From Raillietiella orientalis (lineage: Eukaryota): DNA of 64,000 nt. This document shows positions 1-11,696 of the stretch, in pieces. Within the stretch, counting starts at the first letter, position 1. The number at the start of each line of letters is the position of its first letter. The stretch lies in the NCBI GenBank assembly GCA_036172245.1, contig JAYWIR010000047.1:558001-622000 (forward strand), given 5' to 3'. The notes beneath the pieces were generated by a model that made no database searches, had not been told where the DNA came from, and saw only the letters and a program-made list of their open reading frames with translations. A program made the position numbers and the translations under genes.

Positions 1-194
1 GGACCTGTGCGTTTAGCTTGTAAGTAGGAAAAGCAGATTCCCATGACAAAAAGGAAATTTAAGTTTTGAGCGTGGATGCATTTGAGCGATTGCTGGGTCC
101 TTGCATGGAAATCATCAAGCGTAATATCGTTGATTATGAGACCCAGGTGCAGTCAAGCTTTGGCTTCAAAGTCAAGCTCTCAGAACTTAATTGA
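1..194 (+). CDS. PRKAR2: 3' end (last two exons, partial) of cAMP-dependent protein kinase type II regulatory subunit
   Basis: Exons 1-19 and 64-194 (GT..AG intron 20-63) translate [63 protein letters not shown] is the conserved C-terminus of PKA RII subunits. Confidence 0.9.
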
Positions 195-654
195 TTAAGG
201 TAAAAATGCTGTTTAATGCACTTGATAACCAGTATATATCTCCTTTTCTAGTGTATTGATACAGGAACGCCTTGATTCCTTATATTTGTGTGCTTGCTTG
301 ACCATGTTATTTCAATTGTTAGCATTGCATATATCAAAATACTATGTAGTTTTTCAGATGAAAAACACCCTTTTTAATGTTTCTCGCAATAAATTCTTTT
401 TTGTCGTATATATACTAGGATTTGAAAGACCACATTAGTAAAGTTAAAAGAAGTTGTTGTTTATAATTAAAGTTGTAAACAGTGGCATCCATGTGTGCTC
501 ATCTGGTGCACTTTGTGGTGTTGACACCCTGATATTGTCTACCATATGAATGAGTTCATAATGATCATAAAATTGATGGTGCTCCAGCCTTAGATTACCC
601 TTTTTGGGATTACATTTCCCTCAGTGATATCAGTGTTTCTTTGAGCAAGGTACA

Positions 655-2375
655 ATGTCTGAAAATGTAAATCGAGACTCAGGAAAAACCTCGCTTCCTG
701 TCGAGAATAAATGGTCTCTGTTGTTGACAGCTCAAGAGAACAAGTTGGTGTTTAGTCTCATGGGCACAGGTTGCCAGGTATGCTAATTATAATAATGGCA
801 CTATTTGATTTCAGTTGTATCTTATCAGTCTCTGTCCACAGCTGTGGTACAAGTTTATTTGACAAAACCTCCTGTTCACAGTCAGTGGCACAAGCATTGT
901 TGTGGGGTTGCTTGCTTTGTTAAAGACTGCAACCTGTGTTCCTATTATATCCGGGTCTTCAGTATGGATGATAGGAAACTGGTTTGGCAGCAAGAATTAT
1001 ACAACCAGTTCCAATATCATGTGGTTCTTGAGAGATTCCATTCATTTGAAGCAGATGTATGTTGTGTTCAAGGAGGAACCTCAGCTGAAAAAACACCTAT
1101 TTTAGAAAAGCATGGCAGGACTCAACTTTGCCGATAGCCGAGAAGCACAGATGTTTCAGGAAACAATCCAGGGAAGGTTGCAAGAAAAGGAGAGGCGCAA
1201 GCAGCGTAAGCATGACAAAGAAAAAATTCATCCAAAACATAAAAGTAAACTTAGAGAGGAGGCAGATGAATCAGCAGCCTAGGATATCCACACACCAAAA
1301 CGGACAACTGGCGAATAATCATCTTGGGTCTTCTTCTAGCCTGGCCAGCAACAAAAAGCACAAACCCAGACGCTCCATCAATAAGGATGACATTTCATGG
1401 CCAACCAATGTTTACCATGTGCATCATGTGGGTTTTGATAAGGACCTAGGTCTCATACAGCAATACAATGATGTACTAGAGGGTTATCCTGTCAATGAAT
1501 TGCAAGAGTTTCTTCAGTTGGTAAGGATGCAGCATGGTTCCTTTATCCTTGTTTCTCCTATGTTAAGCCTGTGTTTTTGTGTCTCAATAGGCAGGGGTGA
1601 CGAAGAGCCAGTTGCAAAACAAAAAGACTAAGGATTACATTTATAGATTCATTGAAAAAAGGGGAGTGATAGAGGCAATTCAAGAAGTCAAGAAACAGAA
1701 TGCTCCTGAGCCTCCTCCTCCTCTTCCTAGCAGACCCTCAGCAACACCATTAGTAAAGAGTACCACTGTTTCTACAAGCCGTCCTGCTGTGCCATTACCC
1801 CCTGCCCGTACAGAACCCTGTGCTCCAGTTCCCTCAAGTACGTTAAGCAGAAGCCAATACTTCCTTCTAAGCTTGTTGATTTTGCAGCTTCTGCTATACC
1901 ACCGCCACCACCCATACCTCCACCCATGATGCCAGCACCAACTATTAAGGTGACTACATCCAAAGATGAGAAAGATGAGCCGTTAGGCAATGGACCACAA
2001 GCTAGTGATCCGAGATCGGCTTTGCTACAGGCCATTAGGGAAGGCAAAAAGCTAAAGGTATGTTGGCTCTGAAGTTTGGCAAGAGTTGGTGATTTGAACT
2101 TGTGACAGCCTGTGGGATCAAGCAAGACCACTTCCAAGGGTGATACAAGGGAAGAAATGCTTGATCAAATAAGGCAGCGTGTGGAGTTGAGAAGTACTTC
2201 TGAGTTGCAACCAAAGCCAGCCACTCCTGTTGCAGACTGTTCCCGAGAAAGCATTGCTGTTTCATTAGCCCATGCACTTGCCAACAGATTGAAGTTCGTT
2301 CGCTCAAGTGAATCAAGTTGTGACAGTTCAGACGACGATGATGACGACGACGATGATACTGAGTGGGGGGCTTGA
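655..2375 (+). CDS. WASp: Wiskott-Aldrich syndrome protein family member (WASP/N-WASP-like), 7 coding exons
   Basis: ATG 655; short GT-AG introns (778-828, 1057-1104, ~1206-1254, ~1521-1590, ~1838-1887, ~2058-2108). WH1 domain (LSTAVVQVYL..GVACFVKD..SYYIRVF..GLNFAD), CRIB (ISWPTNVYHVHHVG), proline-rich region, two WH2 motifs (RSALLQAIREGKKLK; REEMLDQIRQRVELR), central helix and acidic tail DDDDDDDDDTEWGA*. Confidence 0.95.
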
Positions 2376-3478
2376 CCACTGATGCAGTGATCGTGCTTGA
2401 TATCGTTACGAACCGAAGGACTTCGGATTTGTACGTTCATTATGCATTCCCATACTGTACTTCGCCAGTGCTCAAGATCTGGGCATTTCATTAAGAAAAC
2501 CAAGACCGACTTGTCAACACTGCATGTGTGCAATACAGCATTGTTTCTGGTTACAAAAACTATTAATCTATGGTGTGCAATGTTACAAAAGGGCAACTTA
2601 GATCCCCAGTGATGAAACAGGATGAAAAGCGGAATGCGTGAACCATTGAGTTCTCGTTAACCCTCCAGAGAACGGCAAACTTTTAAAATGGAATAAAAAA
2701 CATAGGAGTTAAAAAGCATGCAGAAAGAGTTGTCTTTGATGTGATTTTTCATCTGTCAGGATGGCTAGAATGACCATCTTGGAAGACGCTGCTCTGCGCG
2801 TCAACCCTTCCTGTACCGGAAACGTGATTGTTGTCACCCGGAAACGGGCTCCGTCGGATGGGTGCGAAAGGAGGTCGGCCAATCGGTTCCTTACTCTCAC
2901 AGGAAACAGTCGACAACCCGCGCCACCAAAGTGCACTCTCGGGTCTTCCACTCTTAGATCGGAAACCCGATGGCGAGAGCGAAAGCACGAACCGTGGTTC
3001 ACCAACTATCCAGAGGTCGTGCAAGTCACTCATACGTCTCCGTTCTCTGAGTCAGCAGACTTCCAGTGAGAAGATCGGGGAACAGGGGGATCAGGGGAAT
3101 GACTCGCGATGCCGCCATTCCACACAAGAAAACGGGATAGCCGAGGGAGGGGGAAGCCCTTCAGCCCTTCCCGATACTCGGAGGTAACATATTTCGGGTT
3201 ATCCACCCGTCCCGCTGTCCGCCAAAGGGCCTCCGAAGAGGGCGAGCGATTTCTACCTGGAGCGGACTGTCCTTTGGTTGGAGGCGCTGGGTGAAGCTGT
3301 GGGACTGGTCAACCAGCAGCGGCGGCACAAGGGTTGTGAGAGGATCGAGGGAAGGAGGTTTTGAGGTTGGGTCACCTTGATACACCCTCGACTGTGGTAG
3401 GGATGATCGATGGTTCATTTGGGCCACATCATCCGGGAAAGAGATGGGGCACCCCGTGCTTCAGCGAATAGGCATGCG

Positions 3479-3533
3479 ATATGCCTAAAATAGCTCCACA
3501 CCACAGACAACAAATATGCCTAAAATAGCTCCA
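3479..3533. repeat. Perfect 20-bp direct repeat, 2 copies
   Basis: ATATGCCTAAAATAGCTCCA at 3479-3498 and 3514-3533. Confidence 0.9.
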
Positions 3534-4887
3534 ATCACAACGAATAGGGTCTTTCGACTACCTATTTGTCGAATCACGAAAATGTCGATTTTTCCCGTAA
3601 CATCGGTTAGAGAACACCACAGTGAGGGGGAATAATTGTTCCTCAACATCTTGCGGTGAAAAGCATCCTCACAAAGTAGTCTCTCTATTTACGAGGACCC
3701 ATGAGATCGGAAAGGGTGGAAAAGACGGGACAGAGTTTGTTATGGAGGAAGCGGAGAAAGCACCTGACATCGGTGGAGAGGGGAGGTTTCACAGGCGGAG
3801 AGGTTCTTGGGAGATGATGGGAGGTTTAAGGAGAGAGAATAGAGACGGAACAGACTGAGCTTCTTCCATCCTTCTTACATCCCACGTAGAACAGTCACCC
3901 ATGTGACAAGGGAAATGGAGGGGTGGGCAGGCATGAGAGTCAGGACCGCCCCTCGAGTGGGGGGGGTGGGGTGAACGGGCGTGGAATAGCGGGGCTGTCG
4001 AAGCAGCTCTCTCGCACGCCTGCAAGAGGTTCTCTGTAGAAAGGAAAGATTGGTACGGGCTGCACGGTAGCTGTAGCTTTGCTGGGGGAGCGCTGAGCTG
4101 ATCTTCTGCCAAGGGTTGTAGTGATTGGAGGCAGCCTCATCGTCCTGGCACCCATGCTTCTGCCGCTGTTTATGATAATCCCGGTTCAGCACCCGTATAC
4201 GCTTACTAACGCTAGCGGGGGGGGGGGTTTCTTCTGGGAGCAGCGCCGCCTGCTCTCCGGAAGACCTCGGACCCCCTCTGCTAGACGGCACCGCTGGCTC
4301 CAGAGGAGTGCGCCTCCATGGTGGTCACTTGAAGAGGCCACTACGGAGAGGGCTACCCCAAGGTCTCCGATCATTCCCCTTCACCCCTCCCCTCCGAAGA
4401 CTCAATGGAATTCCGGGATAGGGTGTGTCTGAGCATGTCACCAGACGGCAGCAGCTCCGCTTGACTTCCTCCTCTTCCGAGCTTAGAGTACTGTACCTTC
4501 CTGCTACGGGGAAGTTCCCCCATCCACGTCCACGCTGCTACTGGTGGTCGTTTCCCACCCTCTTGGACCCGAAGCAGGTAGGGTGTGCTGGGGTGGAGAG
4601 GGGAGGAAGGCTAAGAGGAGACGACAGCGAGGGAAGTAGGTGATCCCCACTCCCCTTGCTGCCACTTCACCTCTCCTTAGGCGGCGACAGGAGGGGACGA
4701 GCGGACTCTTTCCCGAAAACTCCCGTGTTCGAGGGACGAAGTTCATCCCTTTCTTTAGCCTTCTCTTCCTTCCCCTCTCCTGTTCCTCCATCGTTATATC
4801 CGCTGCCGGTTCTTCCCAGGATCTGGAAGGGTGGGTTCAAAACTCGGATTCGGGTTAGGGCCAATGGAAGCCACAAGAAAGAGCTCT

Positions 4888-5292
4888 TTATTTTCGCTCC
4901 CTGCTGCGGAAGCCGAACCCTGTGGCGCTGGCCGAAGCCTGAGCCGAGCTCACGCTCGGGCGCCCGCCTAGATTGGGCTGTGGGTATCGTATTCCTGGGT
5001 AGCCGGACGGGCCGACTGGCTGGGGGACAGCGGGGTAGATGCCGGGGTAGTTGCCACCATTCAAGTACGGAAATCCGCCTCCCTGGTAGGTCTCGAAGCT
5101 GCTGGACTGCTGGGAGGAGGAGGACTGCTGCCACCGGGAGTAGTAGTTCCCGTTGAGGGGGTAGAACAGGCGAGTGTCCGTGCAGTTCTCGGTCTCCGTG
5201 TCGCAAAGCCGGCCCGTCGGCTTGCCGTCAACGACTAGTGGAAATGCCTCCTCCTCCTTGGGGAAGACCAGCTCCTCCCTGCGCTGCCTCAC
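4888..5292 (-). CDS. Probable terminal exon of an unknown Gly/Pro/Tyr-rich protein
   Basis: Open frame with protein-like composition (..FYPLNGNYYSRWQQ..GGGFPYLNGGNYPGIYPAVPQPVGPSGYPGIRYPQPNLGG..SAQASASATGFG..), directly preceded by a pyrimidine tract and CAG acceptor (ctctctcttctacag). Upstream exons not resolved. Confidence 0.45.
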   Translation of the reverse strand: MRQRREELVFPKEEEAFPLVVDGKPTGRLCDTETENCTDTRLFYPLNGNYYSRWQQSSSSQQSSSFETYQGGGFPYLNGGNYPGIYPAVPQPVGPSGYPGIRYPQPNLGGRPSVSSAQASASATGFGFRSRERK

Positions 5293-7199
5293 TGTAGAAG
5301 AGAGAGGGAGAGGGGGGCGTGAGAGACGACCAGTGTTTCGGGTGTACGTTCGGCTTCACCTCCAGATCCGGTCGCGCGCCTTGCGCCGCCGCTGCCCGCT
5401 GGCTTTCATCTCCCCCGTCACTCTCGAAGATCTCCCGGACGGCGCCACAATCCCGCTCGCTGGGTTTACCACTTTCTAACTGACCGACCGGTCTCTTTCA
5501 CCGACGCTCCATCTCTCAGTATCCGTTCGCTTCCTTGCACTTTGTCTCACCCGGCATCACACACTGCACACGCCAGTCTCGCTTTCAGCTCGCATGCGTA
5601 CTGCGAGCCATCCGTGTTGCCAAATGCTGCTCTTTCAAGACGAGGCTGCTACAGCTTCAGATTCCCAGACGGTTTCCTGCTCGTGTTTCCAAACCCGATC
5701 TCAAGAAACCAAATCGATCCGAGGAGTGAGTGTACCGCGTTGCACTCCTGCACAAGCAATTGCTTGACATTTGGTCAAGGAGCGCGACCGGGTCCGGAGA
5801 AGTTCATGGCATGGGAAGTCCAAGACATGCATCCGTTTCGCGATGGGGGCGCCTGGGCCAGCGCGTCTGGCAGCACTGTGGGTTCGGGAAGGGCGAGAAG
5901 CTTCGAGAAAGTCGTTGCCATTCCTTGCACTGGTGGTGCAGTTTGTGAAATTCTGCCAGGTGATGACGGGATTCCCCTGTGGTGAGCGAGCATTGCCAGG
6001 TGGCCGTGAAGCAGAAAGCGCACGAGGAGAGTCCCATGAAACCATGCAAAAGCCATGCCCTTAGCGCCGTCGGACCGAAGGACCCAAGGTGATGGCAGGC
6101 ACTGCAGACGTCACGATCCACTCAGATAGGACCGAAGAGCCTTTTCTCCCACTGAGCGGAATATTTATAAGCACGAGATACTGAAAAAGAGAAAGACGGT
6201 TGCTTCATTGGACCGCGACCAACGAAGCAGGATCTGATTGACCGGGAAAAGTAGGGAAGAATTCTATCCACGGTTGGCTCTGTCACTGCCTGATAGGTAG
6301 AAAAGAGGCATGACGTCTTCCCACCCGCGCCGGAACCCCCCAGCGAACAAGCGTGCTCCAGCTGGTTTGGCGTTCTTTCGCTAGCAGTGGCAATCGCTCG
6401 TGAGTCTTCCAATTTAATGTTTCTCGTGAAACACCAGAGCGCACTATCAGCGAACTCCGATGTTATTTCCTGTTTACGTTTCTTTGTTTTATTTCGCCGA
6501 GCGTAGAATTGGGTCGCGGTACTCTCTGAGAAGACAGGCACCCTTGCTAGCGCGTGACTTGGGAGTTTTGGACATCTGGAGAGGCGCAGTGGCCAGGCAA
6601 CCTCCTCCACGATCGCGTGTCTAAACAGCGTGTCTCACTCAAGGAATGCGCAACCACGAGGATGAGAGCAGTGGGTCCACGGGCGCAAAAGGCATGAGGT
6701 ATGCCTTGATGGCATGCAGCTTTTGCCGTGCACCCCCGTCTTCTCAGCACCCCGCCGGAAGCGCACGCACGAGACTTTTCGAGGTGGGTTTCGGGGGTGC
6801 TCTGCTGGGAGCTTTGGTTCGAGACGCGACGCTTGATTGAGATGTATTGGACAGCCGCTGGCGGCGGATGACCTCAGGGAGGAAGAATGGGAGTGTGGGA
6901 GATGGGGAAGTGGGGGCGGAGGAAGGAGACGGCGAAACGAAGCGAACTGGTCTGAGGTGGGTCCTCCGCTCTCTCGAAGAGGTGGATCTTGGCGGAAGAT
7001 CGAGTTGCTATGGAAACAGGCTAGTAACCCTCTACTTCGGAAGACTTCTCCGCTCGAGCGTTTTTCTGATGAGACTCCTCTGCCGTCGCGTGCGGGCGTT
7101 GTTGGGCAGTGACCTGCCGTCCACGAGGCCCGGATGGTGAAAGTGCGCGTGACCCACCTCAAACCCTGCGCGTTTCCTACCCCTTCAGAGGGAAGGAAC

Positions 7200-7234
7200 A
7201 CACTTTGATCTTAGCCAAAAGGCCGAGAAGCGAT
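7200..7234 (-). pseudogene. U2: 3'-truncated U2 snRNA retro-fragment (nt 1-35)
   Basis: Minus strand reads ATCGCTTCTCGGCCTTTTGGCTAAGATCAAAGTGT, the U2 5' end. Flanked by GAGGGAAGGAA (7188-7198) and GCGGGAAGGAA (7235-7245), an 11-bp target-site duplication with 1 mismatch. Confidence 0.92.
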
Positions 7235-10200
7235 GCGGGAAGGAAGGGAGGGAGGATTGAACCGAAGGACCGTCGTTAGTGTTCGACCAGGCAGAATTTC
7301 AGATTTGAGGCGTCACCTCCTCTAAGACCGCTCTTTCCCGGAGAGCACTTCCCAGTCAGCGCACGAAAAGCGAGCGTTGTCAACTACTGACGCGGCAGGA
7401 AAAGAGCATCCGAGGCGCGCCGGGGGTCTTGGGGGGAAGGGGGAGGGCACTGGTGGAAGAGGTGTGGATGAGATCCCCGGAAGACTCACGGATCGCGGAA
7501 GCGTGCAGCACTCCTCTGCAGACTTCGGGAAAAGAAAGAAAAAAAGGGGGAGATGGGGGTCAAGTCGCTCACCTGATGCGCAGCTTCCTCCTCCCAAGTA
7601 GCACAGAGCTACGAACGACAGGAAGAGCCAATGCTTCATGCCGAAAGGTCCGTTTTCGTTGCCGTTACCTCCACGAATGCTTCTCACCTCGGTCTCCAAA
7701 GGATGGGTGTGCGCGCTCTGCACCGCTTTTGATGCATTCAGCCGTGGCTCTCATCTTTATATGTCTGCGGCCCAGGTTTTCCCGTCCCGTTGCCTCGAGG
7801 CCTTGATCGAGGGAATTCCGCTCCGAGAGATCTCATCTCTCGCGAAAGAAGTCTCTCCGATCTGCTGCCTCTGCCGCGGTTGATAATACTAGGACCGTCT
7901 TCAGCCCATCGCGGACAGCCATGGCCACGGGAATCACCTGAGAGCGAGTCACCATTGTTTGATCCTTTTTTTTATTTATTTGTGCGCTTTTTTTTTTTTT
8001 TTTTTAAATTCGTCTTTTGCGGGGAGCATCGCCGATGGAGGGGCAGCAACGAAAGACAAGGACACGCTTTGTTTCCCCCTTTTCCTTCTCTGTTTTCCTT
8101 CTCTTCTCTGTCTCTTTCTCTTCTCTGTTTGTTCGACTTCTTTCTTCTCAGAGGAGAGGGACGCCTTCATCCGGCGGTTACGTCTCGCCTTGGTGGGGAG
8201 GGGGGCACCGCCTTGGGACCGGTTCCCACTGCATTTTCGGCAGAAGTCCAGCTGCTCCCCTGGAGCACTCAGAGGACGTCGGGGGTCGTGCAGGGCACCA
8301 AAGAGATTCCTGTCCAGATGCTGGGATCCCATACTTTTCGCCCTCCTTTCCCCCCCCCCTCCTCTCTCTCTACCGCTTCGACGACTCCTTCAGCGAGCGG
8401 ATACCTCCCGATCGCAGCACTGCTCTCGCATCTCAGGAGCGCCGCACGCAAATCTCACGTCGCGGAGAAGCCTCCTCCTCGATCCTCGATCTGTGGATGG
8501 GGGCGATCGCGAAGGAGTCCGTGATCTCCGGACTCTGGAGCAAGCGGGGATCCCCTTTTCCTCTCGCTCGTCTTTCCTTCCTGCCCCCTCTTCCTCCGCC
8601 TGCCGTGTCGCTCTCTGCGGAGTTCCTCGGCAGTCGTTTCCTGAAGCGCTGGGATACCGGGAACGCTCCCTCGGTTTTTGTGATGAGCGGTTGCAAAACT
8701 TCTTCAGCGCCCTCTCCGGCGGGCCGTGCTCCCAGCTCCTCCTGTCTCGTCGCAGCAGCATCCCCGGTTCCTTCTCTTCCCCCCTGATGGTTTATCCCGT
8801 CCTTGACGAAGCGATCCAGAAGATCCCCAGCAGCCGCGAACACACGGTGTTCGGCCTTCCATGCAGCAGGAGCTGCTCGTGGGAATCGCCCTCCACCGCT
8901 TTCCGGGAGCCGTCTCCTCTGAGGAGGGAGCTCTCTGTTCTCGCGAGGGATGCGAGAGCCTCCTGGTAGGAGGCTCTTGGAGCTTCCCAACTGGACCGGT
9001 AGTCGTCGGACGACACGTCACGTCATGGGTAGGAGGAGGAGGACAGAGCCCAACGGCTGCCGATGGGGAACAGCTGGATGGTGCGCTCACGTGATTCGAG
9101 GCGATCGCTCTGCCGGCACCTCGGGCCAGCGCTGAACGAGACACCGGGTGATCCCCGAGTTGAAAGAAACCATAAAGGCGTGTAAAAATAGCCGCAGCGA
9201 AGGTTATCCGCAGAGGAGGGGGAAGGGGCACCAAGGTGTGTGGCAGCGGCGTAGAAAAAGAAGAGAGGAAGAAAAAACTTTTAGGCGCTTTTCTCTTCGT
9301 GGATCGCACGCCTCCCCCTTTGCCTCTTTGAATAGTATCGCCGTCTGCGTAACTCATCGTCCGTCGCAGCTTGCCACGAGTCGCTCCTTGCCGTGTCACC
9401 TCGCTTTTTGAGAGCTCTCGCGCGCCCTGTCACCGAGGGAGAGGGAGGGAGGGAGGTCCGTTTTCTCTCTCTGCGTTTCTCCTGGCAGGGGAGGGGGAAA
9501 AAAAAAAAAAAAGCATCCCGTCTGGCGGATGGCTGCTCGCACCCACACCCTCTTTCGCATACTGTCTTCCGCCGGAGAGTTCCTGTTCTTTTCGGATCTT
9601 TTGCGTGTCGCTACCTCGAAGCCATGAAAGCAGTTTTTTTTTTTTCTGCTTGCCTTTTTTTCCCCCCATTCTTCCCTGTTCGTTGTCATCGTGGCGTACT
9701 GAAGCTGGGAGGGAAGCGGAGTGTGCTGCAAGTTGTCTGGCAGGGCAGCGCTCCTCGCGGCGATCGAAGCGACCAGGGTTGAAGGCAAACGCGGCTCCCC
9801 TCCATTGCGCGCGCCGCATCTTCTGCTGCGTGGGCGCGGGTGGTCCCCACTCCTATTCCTCGGAAAACACACCTCCTCCTTTCCGTGAGAGAAGAGGAAC
9901 CGCGCAGAGTCTGCGGACGTGGTTACGATGGATGCACATCCTGTGCGGTTGTTCCCCAGCATCACCGCCGGAGCGACGAAGTGGCTCTTCGGGGAGATCG
10001 ATCGGATGCCACTCGGTGCACGCTCGCGGCGAGGTTCTGCCAAGAGTGTTGGTTGCGGGCAAGTCGCGTGCGTCCGCATGAGCGCGCAGCGTTTGCTTCG
10101 CCCTCCGAAAGCTGGCAAGGAATCGATCGCCATCTTCTTTCTTTCTTTCCAACGCACTTCAGCACGAATGCTGCGGAATAAAGTGCGTGTGCTGCCGGCT

Positions 10201-10771
10201 CGGACGGCGCGATTCGTCGAAGTTCGCGCTCGAAGATGAGGGGGCGGATCCTTCGTCAAAGGATACCTGGCGCCCTTCCGGAAACAGCTGGAGGAAACTC
10301 TCTGGTGGGGAAGCTGTTGGCAAAAAATAGGTCTCCGAAAACTGGCTGCTGGTTTGGCCACGCTTTCGGAAGTCCATTCGACAATAACATCCCATTTAAT
10401 CTCGGCGTGGCAGGAAAAGTTGTCTTGGATTTACAGAAGAAGGTCAATAAAGTGAACCAGCTCTTCAACTCAAGCGGGGAAGGAAACTCTTAGAGCCCTG
10501 TGGAAGCGTAGCTGGTCACAAGGCTGAAATCAAAATCCTGGAAAGCTGCAGGACTGTTTCCTCCATACAGCTGCCGAGCAATCGATGATGTGGGACTTCC
10601 CCCCTACGCTTGTTTAGCACGGTCCTTGCCGTGGAATCAGCACCGAAAGCGTTCGCACGATCCGAAATCCTCAAAAATGAATTGCACGCCATGCTGTCTC
10701 GTTTCTAGGAAACCGTCTCTGCTCCCGTATCCATGCAGCCATACCCATGAACTTGTTCTTCGATGTAGTAA

Positions 10772-11696
10772 TACGAGGCCCATTTCAAAAGGAGGGGCCG
10801 ATCGGGTATAAAGAAAGAAGAGAAACAAAAATGCATTGGTGGTTCTGAACACATACGTCCCCATTTCATTTTCCCAAGTAGTCACCATTTTTTTCCAGAC
10901 ACTTTTGATACCGTGGGAGGAGCTTTTTGGAACCGCCTGCATGAAGTTCCGCTGCCTGGGAGTTCGGCCAGTTCAGCAGCAGCCCTGCAGTTTCCAACTC
11001 CTCACTTTCCCCCTTGAATCGTTGAGCCACTTCTGGAGGTGCAGGAAGACGTGGTAGTCCATTCTGGAGAGGTCAGGACTGAGTGATCAAAAAGTTCCCA
11101 TCTGAGTTTCTGAATTGCCTGGAATGTGCGGACAGCAGCAGTGTGTGGGACTAAAAGAGTGGTGGACTTTATGGAGCCTGGAACAACCACCACTTCGCAA
11201 GTCCACTGTGAAACACTTTCAAAAATGTGGCGTGCCATTCAGAGGCGAAGACGTAAAATGCTGAGATCAGGAATGGTTCTTCTCCTTCCTTGACGACATA
11301 AACCGTCTTGTCAACACATGTTGTCTTCACGTTCCAGACATTTCCAGAGAATTCAAATGGGAACCTTTTGATGACCCACATTACAGTCCTGCCCAGTGAC
11401 TACCACGTCTTCCTGCACCTCCAGAAGTGGCTCAACGATTCAAGGGGGAAAGTGAGGAGTTGAAAACTGCAGGGCTGCTGCTGAACTGGCCGAACTCCGA
11501 GGCGGAGGAATTTCATGCAGAGTATCTCAAAGGGCTTCTTCCACGGTGTCAAGTGTTTGGAAAAAAAATGGTGACCACATAGAAAAATGATGTGGGCATG
11601 TATGTGTTTCGAACTGCCAGTACATTTTCGTTTCTCTTATTTCTTCTTTCTTTCTATTCTATCGTCTCCTCCTTCTGAAGTACTCCTCTCAAATTA
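10772..11696. mobile_element. Fold-back mariner derivative made of two inverted transposase 3' ends
   Basis: Left arm (minus, ~10870-11150) and right arm (plus, ~11330-11590) both encode a decayed mariner C-terminus (PHTAA..WELFDH..SPDL/DYHVFLHLQKWL..KC.EKNGD). Left end TA+CGAGGCCCATTTCAAAAGGAGGGGCCGAT; degenerate inverse at 11661-11689. Confidence 0.8.

Noticed and set aside
5500..7234. U2 gene disrupted by a U2-specific retrotransposon (Keno/Utopia), with a PSE-like motif upstream
   Set aside because: The fragment is bounded by an 11-bp direct repeat, no 3' part of U2 was found, and no clear retrotransposon ORF follows it; a retroposed fragment is simpler.
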